This document shows positions 27,994-38,076 of a stretch of 64,000 bases of DNA, piece by piece. The stretch is taken from NCBI GenBank assembly GCA_038108555.1, contig JAYNIA010000001.1, forward strand, positions 102,427-166,426. Direction: 5' to 3'. The notes below the pieces were generated by a model, which worked only from the letters and a program-made list of their open reading frames with translations, searched no databases and was not told where the DNA came from. Position numbers and translations under genes: made by a program. The DNA comes from Nitrospinota bacterium (lineage in GTDB: Bacteria > Nitrospinota > Nitrospinia > Nitrospinales > VA-1). Numbering within the stretch: the first letter of the stretch is position 1; every line of letters begins with the position of its first letter.

Positions 27994-29693
27994 ACAAAGA
28001 TCAAATTCGTGCCATTTTGATATCAGACTTTAACTTGGATAACTTTGCCGGGTATCTAAAAAATGATTCGCATTCCCCAAAAATAGATTCTTCCATTGCT
28101 CCCTTCGGGCAAGTCAAACAGGTGTTGATGAACGAAAACATGGAATGCTGGGAAACACTGCATGATCTGGCCATCGTTTGGACACAACCCGAAGGAGTTA
28201 TCGATTCTTTTCGAAAAGCATTAGATTTCAATCAAGTACCCATCGAGCAAACTCTTGAAGAGGTGGATGATTATTGCGAAGCTCTTTCAAAGTTATTGGT
28301 ACGCGTTAATACTTTGCTTATACCCACCTGGACCCTGTCCGCTGGTTTCACTGGATATGGTTTATTAGAAAGAAAACCCGGCATTGGCCTTACCGATTTA
28401 TTGGCCCGTATGAATCTCCGCCTTGCAGAAAACCTGAAGGATTTTTCCAATGTATTTGTTTTAAATGCAGGACGCTGGATCCAATCGGCAGGAAAAGAGG
28501 CTTTTAACCCTAAACTTTGGTATATGGGAAAAATTCCATTCGGCAATCAAGTATTCAAGGAAGCCGTCTCCGATATAAAATCTACCCTGACAAGCATCCT
28601 AGGAGGAGCTAAAAAATTAATTCTGGTTGATCTGGATGACACGCTTTGGGGAGGGACGGTTGGGGAGGATGGATGGAAATCCCTAAAATTAGGAGGGCAT
28701 GATCCAATAGGAGAAGCCTTTTCCGACTTTCAAAAATCCCTAAAGTCTCTAACTAGACGAGGAATCCTTCTGGGAATTATCAGCAAAAACGAAGAGACAG
28801 TTGCACTAGACGCCATCGAAAAAAATCCGGAAATGATTTTAAAGCGCGAAGACTTTGTAGGATGGCGCATTAATTGGACCGATAAAGCCCAGAACATTCT
28901 CGATCTCACCAATGAACTGAACCTGGGAGTTCAGTCCACCGTTTTTATAGATGACAATCCAATGGAGCGTGCACGAGTCAAAGAAGCTCTTCCTGATGTA
29001 CTGGTTCCCGATTGGCCAAAAGATAAAATGTTTTATAAGGATTGTCTCATGAGCCTGAACTGCTTCAATACCCCGGTCATTAGTCTGGAAGACGGCCAAA
29101 GGACAAAAATGTATGGGATCGAATCAAAAAGAAAAAAACTAAAGGAAAAACTAGGATCCTTAGAGAAGTGGCTCAAAACACTGGAAACAAAAGTTGTCAT
29201 AGAAGAAATTAACCCAGCCAATCTGCAAAGGTCTTCCCAGCTCTTTAACAAAACCAACCAAATGAATCTTTCCACACGTAGATTGACAGAAGAGGAACTA
29301 ATGGATTGGGGGAAGGAAAAAAACCGCCGAATTTGGACTTTTCGGGTTTCGGACAAATTTGGTGATTCCGGCCTCACCGGTTTACTCAGCGTGGAATGCA
29401 ATGGAACCCAAATGCTGATTATAGATTTTGTCCTTAGCTGCAGAGTAATGGGAAGAAAGATTGAAGAACTTATGCTCCACACAGCTTATGAATATGGACG
29501 CTCCCTAAATCTAAAAACACTGTCCGCAAATTATTTGAAAACAAAAAAAAACAACCCTTGTCTCACTTTTTTGAAGCAATCTGGCTTGGAGCATAACGAA
29601 AAGACAGACACCTTCAAATGGAACCTTGAGACTCCTTATCCCCAACCTGAATGTATTACAGTATCAAACGGAGATAGCCAGACATTAAATTAG
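27990..29693 (+). CDS. FkbH-like glyceryl-ACP synthase (HAD-IIIC)
   Basis: VDLDDTLWGG, SKNEE, INWTDK, FIDDNPMER, KTNQMNL, DKFGDSGL, LSCRVMGR. Confidence 0.93.
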   Translation: MNKDQIRAILISDFNLDNFAGYLKNDSHSPKIDSSIAPFGQVKQVLMNENMECWETLHDLAIVWTQPEGVIDSFRKALDFNQVPIEQTLEEVDDYCEALSKLLVRVNTLLIPTWTLSAGFTGYGLLERKPGIGLTDLLARMNLRLAENLKDFSNVFVLNAGRWIQSAGKEAFNPKLWYMGKIPFGNQVFKEAVSDIKSTLTSILGGAKKLILVDLDDTLWGGTVGEDGWKSLKLGGHDPIGEAFSDFQKSLKSLTRRGILLGIISKNEETVALDAIEKNPEMILKREDFVGWRINWTDKAQNILDLTNELNLGVQSTVFIDDNPMERARVKEALPDVLVPDWPKDKMFYKDCLMSLNCFNTPVISLEDGQRTKMYGIESKRKKLKEKLGSLEKWLKTLETKVVIEEINPANLQRSSQLFNKTNQMNLSTRRLTEEELMDWGKEKNRRIWTFRVSDKFGDSGLTGLLSVECNGTQMLIIDFVLSCRVMGRKIEELMLHTAYEYGRSLNLKTLSANYLKTKKNNPCLTFLKQSGLEHNEKTDTFKWNLETPYPQPECITVSNGDSQTLN

Positions 29694-29701
29694 GAAATTA
29701 A

Positions 29702-30556
29702 ATGGCCATAGTTAGAAAGGCGATCGAGCAAGACTTCGAAAAAATATATCCGCTATTTGTAAAATTTCAAAACCCCAAATTATCAAAGGATGATTGGCGA
29801 CAACTGTTTGTCGACCATTGGCAATGCAAAGAAGGTTATTTTGGGTACGTTTTGGAAAACCAGGGAGAAGTTGTAGGTTTTCTAGGTTTGATTTTTAGCA
29901 ATAGGACCCTAAATGGAAGGAAAACCAAATTTTGCAACTTAACAAGTTGGGTGGTTGAAGAAAATTTTAGAAATCAAAGTTTGTCCCTTTTGCTACCTGT
30001 TTTGAAACTGAATGAATATGCTTTGACAATTTTTACACCTTCCAAAGAGACTTATTTGGTTGCCCAAAAACTGGGATTTCAAGATCTAGAATCTAAATTA
30101 CAGATCATTTTTCCATTTCCTTCTTTTTTCACCGGATTTTCTCTTTGCGAAATTTCATTTGATAAAAGTTTATCAAGCAAAACTTTAACAGGGGAAGTTC
30201 TCCAGATTTATAAAGACCACGCTTTCTTAAACTGCACTCATGTCCATATTCACACCTCTTCAGGAGAGTGCTATTTAATGGGGGCAAAAATTTATCGCAA
30301 GAAACTTCCTTTCTTTCAAATCTATTATATTAGTCATCCTGAAATATTTTCCAAATTTTCCGGAAAAATCTCTATGAAAATATCCTTAAAATTAAAAACC
30401 GTTTCAATAATAATCGAGGAAAGGTTTCTAAAAGGCAATTCGATCTTTTTCGCCAAGTCTTGGCCTCTGCCCCACCCTAGACTTTACAAGGCTAAATCTT
30501 TGGGGAAAAGTGATATCGATTCACTTTATTCTGAGTTGCCCATTCTGAATTTGTAA
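29702..30556 (+). CDS. GNAT-fold acyltransferase-like protein
   Basis: GYVLENQGEVVGFLG, CNLTSWVVEENFRNQSL acyl-donor-binding pattern. Confidence 0.65.
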   Translation: MAIVRKAIEQDFEKIYPLFVKFQNPKLSKDDWRQLFVDHWQCKEGYFGYVLENQGEVVGFLGLIFSNRTLNGRKTKFCNLTSWVVEENFRNQSLSLLLPVLKLNEYALTIFTPSKETYLVAQKLGFQDLESKLQIIFPFPSFFTGFSLCEISFDKSLSSKTLTGEVLQIYKDHAFLNCTHVHIHTSSGECYLMGAKIYRKKLPFFQIYYISHPEIFSKFSGKISMKISLKLKTVSIIIEERFLKGNSIFFAKSWPLPHPRLYKAKSLGKSDIDSLYSELPILNL

Positions 30557-30566
30557 GGAGCAGGAA

Positions 30567-31631
30567 GTGATTAACAAAGTTGTAAAGCGAGCAGCAACGA
30601 AAATATTATTTTCCATACTTTTTCATTCAAAAGGTTACCTGCTATCAAAACCTTTTTATTCAGGCGTGGGAAGTATTCTGATGTTTCATCGGGTATGCCC
30701 CCAAAGCTCCAAATCTAGAATTAGAGGAAATGCCGGACTGGAAGTAACACCAGAATATCTTGAAAATACTATTCTTTATTTACGACAAAAAAATTATGAA
30801 ATAGTTTCCTTAACTCAAGCCGCACAAATTTTAAATTCAGGAGACACAAATCAAAAATTTGCAGTAATCACCTTTGACGACGGGTATATCGACAATTACC
30901 AGCATGCTTATCCGATACTAAAAAAACATCAAGCTCCGTTTTGCATTTATGTGACGACCAATTTACCGGATGGAAAAGCCATATTATGGTGGTATCTTCT
31001 CGAGGATTTGATTCTTCAAGAAAGCAAAATCGAATTTAACCTGAATGGACGAAAATACAGTTTCTCCTGCTCCAATATCCAGGAGAAGGATTGGTGCTAC
31101 CATGTTGTCCATAAATTAATTTTAAATGGGCCTTCAGATAAACTCAACGACAGAATCAGGCAAGTGTTTACTAATTACAACGTTGATTATTACAAAAAAT
31201 CAAAAGAACTATCACTTACCTGGGAACAAATTCGGGAAATGAGCAAAGACCCGCTGGTTGAAATTGGAGCGCACACCATTCATCATCCCGCCTTAAGCAA
31301 AGTTCCCGAGTCTGTTGTAGAAAAAGAGATTAAGGGCTCCAGAAAAAAAATTGAATCTGAGATCGGAAAAAAGGTGGAACACTTCTCATATCCATTTGGA
31401 ACAAAAAATGAGGCAGATGAAAGAGAGTACAGAATAGCAAAAAAATGCGGATTCATTACTTCGACCACAACCATCCCGGCAAATATTTTTTCAGAGCATA
31501 AGAATTTTTTAGAACGATTACCAAGAATTGCGGTCAATCAAAAAAGGGACAACGGAAATATCGATTACCTTAAGCTTTGGCTGACGGGGGCTTTGCCATG
31601 TATTTTAAATAAATTCAAACGGATTGTTTGA
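30567..31631 (+). CDS. Polysaccharide deacetylase (CE4/NodB)
   Basis: LMFHRV, ITFDDGY, IGAHTIHHP, FSYPFG, LPRI. Confidence 0.92.
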   Translation: MINKVVKRAATKILFSILFHSKGYLLSKPFYSGVGSILMFHRVCPQSSKSRIRGNAGLEVTPEYLENTILYLRQKNYEIVSLTQAAQILNSGDTNQKFAVITFDDGYIDNYQHAYPILKKHQAPFCIYVTTNLPDGKAILWWYLLEDLILQESKIEFNLNGRKYSFSCSNIQEKDWCYHVVHKLILNGPSDKLNDRIRQVFTNYNVDYYKKSKELSLTWEQIREMSKDPLVEIGAHTIHHPALSKVPESVVEKEIKGSRKKIESEIGKKVEHFSYPFGTKNEADEREYRIAKKCGFITSTTTIPANIFSEHKNFLERLPRIAVNQKRDNGNIDYLKLWLTGALPCILNKFKRIV

Positions 31632-31667
31632 TTCGAAGCTCTTAGCTACCAGTTACTTTTGGATATT

Positions 31668-32459
31668 TTATTTCTTGTTGCTTGCTCTAATGTAGGATCG
31701 CACTCCCAAGGGCAAAAACAAAGCCATTCCCCTTCTGGATAAGGAACGAACCATTTTCCAGAAGCCTCCTCCTAATTTTTCATAGGCCTTCCATTGCACC
31801 TGAAAAGCTTCTTTGATCATGATCCTCTCTTTTTTTGTGGAGTAGGACTTGTCATGAGTACGGCACACACCTAAAACCTCATCCAAATTATTGGCTTTCC
31901 CATCTTCCAACAGGCGAATCCAAAGATCATAGTCGTGGGCGATTACCAAATGCGGATCGTATCCTCCAATCTTCATCAATGAATGTTTTCTTATAACTGT
32001 AAAACTATGGGGGATGGGATTCATAAAACACAAACATTTTCTAATTTCAGAATCCTTTTCAACAAAAGGGAAACTTTGTGGCAGAATCTTGCCATTGTAT
32101 AACTCTTCAAAACGCGAGCTACTTATCACCACATCCTTATTTTTACTCATAAATTCGTATTGTCTTTCTAACCAATTGGGAAGAACATAGTCATCGGCAT
32201 CAAGACGTGCAATCAAATCCGCATTGCATAAAGAAACTCCTTTATTTAACGACCTTGGGACCCCAAGATTTTCTTGATGAACTATGCGTATACGAGGGTC
32301 ATTATAATTATTTAAAATTTCTGCCGTTCTATCTGTAGAACCATTATTTAGTATTATATATTCCCAATCCGTGAGGGTTTGATTAAGAATGCTGTTAACG
32401 CATTGCTTCAAAAAATCTTCACCATTGTGTACAGATGTCACCACAGAAATTTTTGGCAT
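31668..32459 (-). CDS. GT2-family glycosyltransferase
   Basis: MPKISVV, NGSTD, IARLDADD, HDYDLW; ATG at 32459. Confidence 0.92.
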   Translation of the reverse strand: MPKISVVTSVHNGEDFLKQCVNSILNQTLTDWEYIILNNGSTDRTAEILNNYNDPRIRIVHQENLGVPRSLNKGVSLCNADLIARLDADDYVLPNWLERQYEFMSKNKDVVISSSRFEELYNGKILPQSFPFVEKDSEIRKCLCFMNPIPHSFTVIRKHSLMKIGGYDPHLVIAHDYDLWIRLLEDGKANNLDEVLGVCRTHDKSYSTKKERIMIKEAFQVQWKAYEKLGGGFWKMVRSLSRRGMALFLPLGVRSYIRASNKK

Positions 32460-32502
32460 AAAAGAACCTAAGAAAAAATTACCATTGTCTGGCGAGTAAT
32501 TT

Positions 32503-32970
32503 TCATTTTTTCCATTGATAGGGTATTTCTTTGGAGTCAGGAGAAGCTGATTCTGCTTCAGCAGGGTCGTGCGGTAGATCAGGACAGTTTGCAATTAAAG
32601 CAGTTTTTTCTCCCAGGGTTTGAAATCCGTACCATAACATGGGGGGGATATGCACCAACTGATAACTATCCGGTCGCCCAATTTCATACTCTTTAACTTT
32701 ACCCTGTGTTTTAGAATAGGATCTTGAATCGAAAATGACCAAACGAATTCTATTAACTGGAACGGTTATGTTTTGGCTTTGTATTTTGTGTCTCTTCCAA
32801 GCCTTGATCACCCCCGGATTGATTTCGCTGAAATAAATTTCACCGAAATGACTGAACAACTCAGAGTCTTTCTTCAACATATGCAAAACCGAGCCACGGG
32901 GATCTTCAATTTGTTTCAACGGTTGAACGATCACTCCCTCTATTTCATCAAAATCGTTCATTGAGTCCAT
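32503..32970 (-). CDS. RmlC-like NDP-4-keto-6-deoxyhexose epimerase (cupin)
   Basis: DPRG, FGEIYFS, IKAWKRH, IPPMLWYGFQ. Confidence 0.88.
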   Translation of the reverse strand: MDSMNDFDEIEGVIVQPLKQIEDPRGSVLHMLKKDSELFSHFGEIYFSEINPGVIKAWKRHKIQSQNITVPVNRIRLVIFDSRSYSKTQGKVKEYEIGRPDSYQLVHIPPMLWYGFQTLGEKTALIANCPDLPHDPAEAESASPDSKEIPYQWKK

Positions 32971-34052
32971 GCCAGTTTTAACTGGGTTGCTTTTTCCGTA
33001 TATTTTTTTATCTGGTTACTCGTGGTTTCAAATACGGAGGAAGATTCCTGTTTATAAAAAGTCTGGTACCATTCCCCAGTCATATGAATCGTTTCCGGAA
33101 AATCCAACACAGAACTCCAATTAAGTAACTGAAGCGCCTTGTCGCAATTGAGTTTTAACAAGGTGGATTCATGCTTTGTGGAATCTGCTTCCTGCTCGAA
33201 GCTCCACCCCGCCCCCGGCCAATACTGGGCCATTTCCTGGATCAAATCTCCGACCGACTGGTTAACCTGTGTCGGCGGACCAAAATTGAAGGATTGATTT
33301 ATAACCTCCCGGTTCCCACGTAATAATTTACCCCCCAGAACCAGATAACCGCTTAATGGTTCCAAGACATGCTGCCAGGGCCGAGTCGCATTGGGATTTC
33401 TTACGACAACCTTTTCTTCTTTCGACCAGGCTCTAACGCAATCTGGAACGATTCGATCCAGAGCCCAGTCGCCTCCCCCAATAACGTTTCCTGCACGGGT
33501 GGTTGCTATTCCCGGTCCTTCATCCTTAAAGAAAGATTCCATATAAACCCGGGACATAATTTCCGCACAAGCTTTGGATGCACTGTAAGGGTCTTTTCCT
33601 CCCAAACGATCATTTTCCCGATAGCCCCATAGCCATTCAACATTTTCATAACACTTATCACTGGTAATAAGAACAGCGGCTTCAACCGAAGGTTGATCGC
33701 GCAAACAATCCAAAAGGTTTATGGTACCCAAAGAATTGGTTTCGAAAGTAAGAACAGGGTTTTCGTAGGATTTCCTGACAAGAGACTGTGCCGCAAGGTG
33801 AAAAACTATTTCCGGCTGAACCTGGTTCAATGCCTCTTTAAGTGAGTCTTTATTCCGCACATCGCCTTGAAAATGATCGATTCTATCTAAAAGACCCAAC
33901 GCTTCAAAATGGGAGGGTTCTGTCGGAACATCCACGGAAAAACCCGCAACGGTTGCCCCAAGGTCTAACAACCAGGCTGACAACCAGGATCCTTTAAATC
34001 CCGTATGTCCGGTTATAAAGACACGCTTACCTTGATAAATATTTCCAAACAT
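32958..34052 (-). CDS. rfbG: CDP-glucose 4,6-dehydratase
   Basis: ITGHTGFKGSWL, HLAAQSLVR, TSDKCYEN, DPYSASK, RAGNVIGGGDW, RPWQHVLEPL. Confidence 0.95.
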   Translation of the reverse strand: MFGNIYQGKRVFITGHTGFKGSWLSAWLLDLGATVAGFSVDVPTEPSHFEALGLLDRIDHFQGDVRNKDSLKEALNQVQPEIVFHLAAQSLVRKSYENPVLTFETNSLGTINLLDCLRDQPSVEAAVLITSDKCYENVEWLWGYRENDRLGGKDPYSASKACAEIMSRVYMESFFKDEGPGIATTRAGNVIGGGDWALDRIVPDCVRAWSKEEKVVVRNPNATRPWQHVLEPLSGYLVLGGKLLRGNREVINQSFNFGPPTQVNQSVGDLIQEMAQYWPGAGWSFEQEADSTKHESTLLKLNCDKALQLLNWSSVLDFPETIHMTGEWYQTFYKQESSSVFETTSNQIKKYTEKATQLKLAWTQ

Positions 34053-34071
34053 ATTTTTGATAGTTTTTGGT

Positions 34072-34842
34072 TCAAACTTTCCAGAAGGCTTGCCCTTTTT
34101 TCCATAAATCGTTCAGAAAAACAGAGTCTCTGTAAGTATCCATACAGGCCCAATCTCCTTTGTGGTGGTAAACCATCAGCTGGCCCTCTTGAGTGAGCTG
34201 TTCCAGCGGGCCAATCTCGAAATCGCAATCATCGTTGGAATTTAGATAATCGAAAATGCTTTTTTGAAAAACAAAAAACCCACCGTTTATCATGCCTTCT
34301 TCGATTTTAGGTTTCTCAATGAAACCAAGCACCTTGCCATTATCTGATTTGATTTGTCCATAGGAGGAACGGGGGCTGACTCCTGTGACAGTCCCTATTT
34401 TCCCATGGTTTTTATGGAATGAAACAAGTTCACTTATATTTATATCGCTCACACCATCTCCATAGGTGACCATGAAATCATCATCGACATACTTTTGGAT
34501 TTTATGGATGCGCCCCCCTTTCAGGGTGTTTTCTCCGGTATCTACCATGGTGATTTCCCAGTCTTCCACCTGATCGTTTTCATGGATGGTGATTTGACGG
34601 TCTTTCCCAAGCTTTACCGTGACGTCATTATTGTGAAGCATATAATGGTAAAAATATTCTTTAATCACCTCGCCCTTATATCCCAAGCAAAGTACAAACT
34701 CTTTAAATCCATGGTAGGCGTAATGCTTCATGATATGCCAGAGGATGGGTTTCGCTCCTATTTTAACCATGGATTTAGGACGAAACTCGGTTTCCTCGCG
34801 CAATCTTGTCCCCATACCTCCACAAAGAATAACTACTTTCAT
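34072..34842 (-). CDS. rfbF: Glucose-1-phosphate cytidylyltransferase
   Basis: ILCGGMGTRLREET, PILWHIM, TYGDG, INGGFFV, WACMDT. Confidence 0.95.
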   Translation of the reverse strand: MKVVILCGGMGTRLREETEFRPKSMVKIGAKPILWHIMKHYAYHGFKEFVLCLGYKGEVIKEYFYHYMLHNNDVTVKLGKDRQITIHENDQVEDWEITMVDTGENTLKGGRIHKIQKYVDDDFMVTYGDGVSDINISELVSFHKNHGKIGTVTGVSPRSSYGQIKSDNGKVLGFIEKPKIEEGMINGGFFVFQKSIFDYLNSNDDCDFEIGPLEQLTQEGQLMVYHHKGDWACMDTYRDSVFLNDLWKKGQAFWKV

Positions 34843-34882
34843 GAAAAACCTTTGGTGCGATTATTTTTAAAAATGTTGACAG

Positions 34883-35842
34883 TCATTTTGAAAAGTTTTC
34901 ACAAAGAGATAGAGTTTGTTCTATTTCTTTTTCCATATTCCCTGTTAATCGAAAACCCGTCCCTTTCAATTTGTCGATATTAAACTTAACTGGATCGCAA
35001 ATCTCCCCATTGTCCTTTCCAGCTACTTCAATAGGAATAGATTTACCATATTTTTTTTCATAGATACCGGCTATTTTTCTGGCCACTTCTGAAATTGAAA
35101 GTGAGCAATCTCCTCCCAGGTTATACAATCCATCTTCCCATTTGTCTGGAATCGAATACAAAAAATGATCAACCGCAGCAGCAACATCATGGAGAGCTAT
35201 GAAATCTCGGTGCTGCTTTCCGGTGGATTTAATTACCATTTTCCCAGATTGAACAGCCTGCTGACATAAATCATTAAACACCAACGTCCATCGGTTAACC
35301 CCCGAGTCCATGGGGCATCCATAACCATTGGATAATCTCATGGTCAAAGTATCCATTCCCTTATAATGCTGATAAAATCTGACCATATCTTCTGCAGCTC
35401 GATGGGTTGCCGCGTAGGGATGGTGTGGTTGTGTTGGCGAGTTTTCAGTAATCTTTCCTCTGCAATTCCCATAAACATGAAACGTGGAAAAGTAAATAAA
35501 CTTTGAAATTTGCTTGTGACTTGCGATGGAAAGCAGGGACTGCGTTCCAAGCGCATTCGTTTCCCAGGCCAATCTGGGGTCCTTGAAAGATTCATGTTCA
35601 TTGATGGCCGCCAAATGAACAATGGCATCAAAATCACTTGTTAAAACATTTTTTATCGAAACCGGATCGAGAATATTTAGCGGAACAACTTGAAATGGTT
35701 TTGCCCAATCTGGAGTTTCGGTGATCTCCCTGCTGGTGCCGAGAACAAGATCACACCCCGGGTGATTTCTATTTAGAGAATCTGCAATCCGACCCCCGAG
35801 GTAACCCAGTCCACCCGTGATAAGAATTTTAAAATCCAGCAT
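34883..35842 (-). CDS. NAD-dependent epimerase/reductase (extended SDR)
   Basis: ITGGLGYLG, STFHVYG, YAATH in place of YxxxK, RDFI. Confidence 0.85.
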   Translation of the reverse strand: MLDFKILITGGLGYLGGRIADSLNRNHPGCDLVLGTSREITETPDWAKPFQVVPLNILDPVSIKNVLTSDFDAIVHLAAINEHESFKDPRLAWETNALGTQSLLSIASHKQISKFIYFSTFHVYGNCRGKITENSPTQPHHPYAATHRAAEDMVRFYQHYKGMDTLTMRLSNGYGCPMDSGVNRWTLVFNDLCQQAVQSGKMVIKSTGKQHRDFIALHDVAAAVDHFLYSIPDKWEDGLYNLGGDCSLSISEVARKIAGIYEKKYGKSIPIEVAGKDNGEICDPVKFNIDKLKGTGFRLTGNMEKEIEQTLSLCENFSK

Positions 35843-36087
35843 TAAGCGTTTTTATAGGATCCTGTTTTAGGTTTCAAAGCAGACAGACGGGATTCCGCCA
35901 AAAATCAAAAGATTCCCTTGAATTATAAAGAATTGTAACGTGATCATTGCGTCAAGTCCAATATTATGATTTAGCAATGAACTCACTTTATTAAAATTAT
36001 TATTCTCGCCAGATGACTTATTTTATCTCATAAAGGCATCAAAAATGGCGTATTCACCAAATGTAAGCAAGGTTAATTTTATACTCT

Positions 36088-37329
36088 TTAAAGGTATAAA
36101 TTTTTATTTTCCTTGAGCCATTCAATACCAATAGGGGTTGGAACATCTTTGCAAACAAGATCCGCTTGAGACCACTTTTCTTGAAAAGCCTGAACTAATT
36201 TTTCTTCTTCAGGAGAATATTTAAAAGCACCTTCAAGGCGACCATACATTTCTTTTGTAACTTTCAAAATATCTTCCGGACTGTTTTCTTCTGCCTCAAT
36301 TCCTAATTCATGCGCATTTCTAAAATAGGGATTTAATTTTATATCTAAAGCCTGATCAAAGCTTAAATACTTATTTGTTTCTACAAATTTATATTTTTTA
36401 GGGATATAGAGGCAATTTTTTCCCGTTGGCACCACACCGAATTCAACCATCCCAACATTTAATCTGGGAACATCCAATAACAGGGCAACGTCTCCAATTC
36501 CCGAAGATGAACCAATAAAAAATTTACATGTCCCAATAAGAAAAATATCTAAAAACTCGCTCTTATGCTCAGAAACCGAATAATCAATTAGCTTCGGATG
36601 GGAAAAAGAAATAGGTTTTTTTACAACAGAGCCAACTCTAATTACTGTCATTCCTTTTTGGATGAGATATTTGCTGGCTTCTATGAAATTGTCTATATCT
36701 GAATCGCGAGGGTCGTGGTAGCCATAGTTTTGATGGGCCATGGTTTGCCTTAAAAAGGCATCATCTCTGGCAAAAATGCAAACGTAGGTATCATTTTCAA
36801 AATCCACGTTAAATATTTTTAAAAGATCTTTTCCTTTTTCTATTTCCTCCTGCGTAAAACTGATAGAGGGCTTCGCATTATTAAATTCAAAATATTCATT
36901 ATTCTTTAATCCCAGGGGTTGAAAAAAGGGAGTCTTTTTAAATATAGGGAACATCCCATCATAAAAGGCAACAAGAAGCCTACTTTGACAAATAGGAATC
37001 ACCCTTTTAAACATAGAAAGTAGTTGGCCATTGGCAACTCCTCGAGAATCGCACAAAAAGCAATAGAAAGGCCCGTCCCCAAATACACCCAACTGACGCT
37101 TTCTTAAAAACAGATCCGTTTCTAACGCCAAATGGCCTATCCGCCCATGGTGGATTTTACCTACCTTTAGCCAAAAAAAAGGTTTAATGATCCACAAAAT
37201 TAAAATTACAGGAAAAACAAAAAGGAGACCCAAGATTTTAAACCCAAAATACACCAGTGCCCTTTGCAGTGCAGAGCAATCGCCCTTTTTCAGATTGGAT
37301 AAAAACTTTTTCCACATGCTGCTGTTCAT
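36088..37329 (-). CDS. Putative glycosyltransferase (TIGR04372-like)
   Basis: RIGHLA, VCIFARD, RDSDI, VIRVG, DIFL...CKFFIGSSSG, ENSPEDI. Confidence 0.75.
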   Translation of the reverse strand: MNSSMWKKFLSNLKKGDCSALQRALVYFGFKILGLLFVFPVILILWIIKPFFWLKVGKIHHGRIGHLALETDLFLRKRQLGVFGDGPFYCFLCDSRGVANGQLLSMFKRVIPICQSRLLVAFYDGMFPIFKKTPFFQPLGLKNNEYFEFNNAKPSISFTQEEIEKGKDLLKIFNVDFENDTYVCIFARDDAFLRQTMAHQNYGYHDPRDSDIDNFIEASKYLIQKGMTVIRVGSVVKKPISFSHPKLIDYSVSEHKSEFLDIFLIGTCKFFIGSSSGIGDVALLLDVPRLNVGMVEFGVVPTGKNCLYIPKKYKFVETNKYLSFDQALDIKLNPYFRNAHELGIEAEENSPEDILKVTKEMYGRLEGAFKYSPEEEKLVQAFQEKWSQADLVCKDVPTPIGIEWLKENKNLYL

Positions 37330-38076
37330 CTTTCACACTCAAATATCATAAGACACCCAATAAAAGATTAAAGCCATATTTGATCTAAAAATTTTTTGGA
37401 TAAAAATTGTTCGGGTGGGATCGGGTTTTATTGATTTTTTAAGCAAATTTTTGCTGGTTCATGCAATTTCCCAGGATAATCCTTGCTTTTTAAAAATTCC
37501 TTTTTCGATAAAAAATTTTCAAACAGTCTAAAAACTAAAAATTTGGATCACGCAAGCCTTCCGAAAAAATGGTTTGCCTTTTTGAAAAACTCGAAAGGGA
37601 TCTGGAAAAACTTAAAACCAAATAAAATTATTTTCAAAGAACTCTTAATCCACTTTCTTAAGAGGAGAGGTAATTCAGAAGCAGAAGAAATATTTTTTCT
37701 TACCATGCCTCTATTGGGTGCTTGTTTCTACAAGGGGATTGTGTTAAGTAAAAAAGGCAACAAACTATTATTAACCCCAACGGACATAGTTGCGATAATA
37801 TCATTTTTCTAGCCACCTTGGTAGGTTACCCGCTTAATTATTTCGCCGAAAATGATTCCTCCTGGTCTAAAAAATTTCCAAAACCTGAAGTTTGACAATA
37901 AAATAGTCCTCCTTGAAATCGATTCAACCTTAACATTGGATTCAGCACCCGTTTACAAATTTTCAACCAAAAGCTATTTTAAATTTAAAAAATAAAGGCA
38001 CCAAAGATAAAATAGTATAAAGTTGAAAAATGAAATATTAAATTGGAATATTATTCTCTTTTTTTATAAATAAAAA

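Noticed and set aside
26045..29693. Polyketide or tetronate natural-product cluster
   Set aside because: No ketosynthase, FabH-like or NRPS gene in the window; surroundings are glycan genes
37428..37812. ORF 37483-37812 (+) and a minus-strand frame 37706-37428 with an internal TGA
   Set aside because: Both are F/K/L-rich translations of AT-rich DNA with no motif; a decayed gene is possible but cannot be supported
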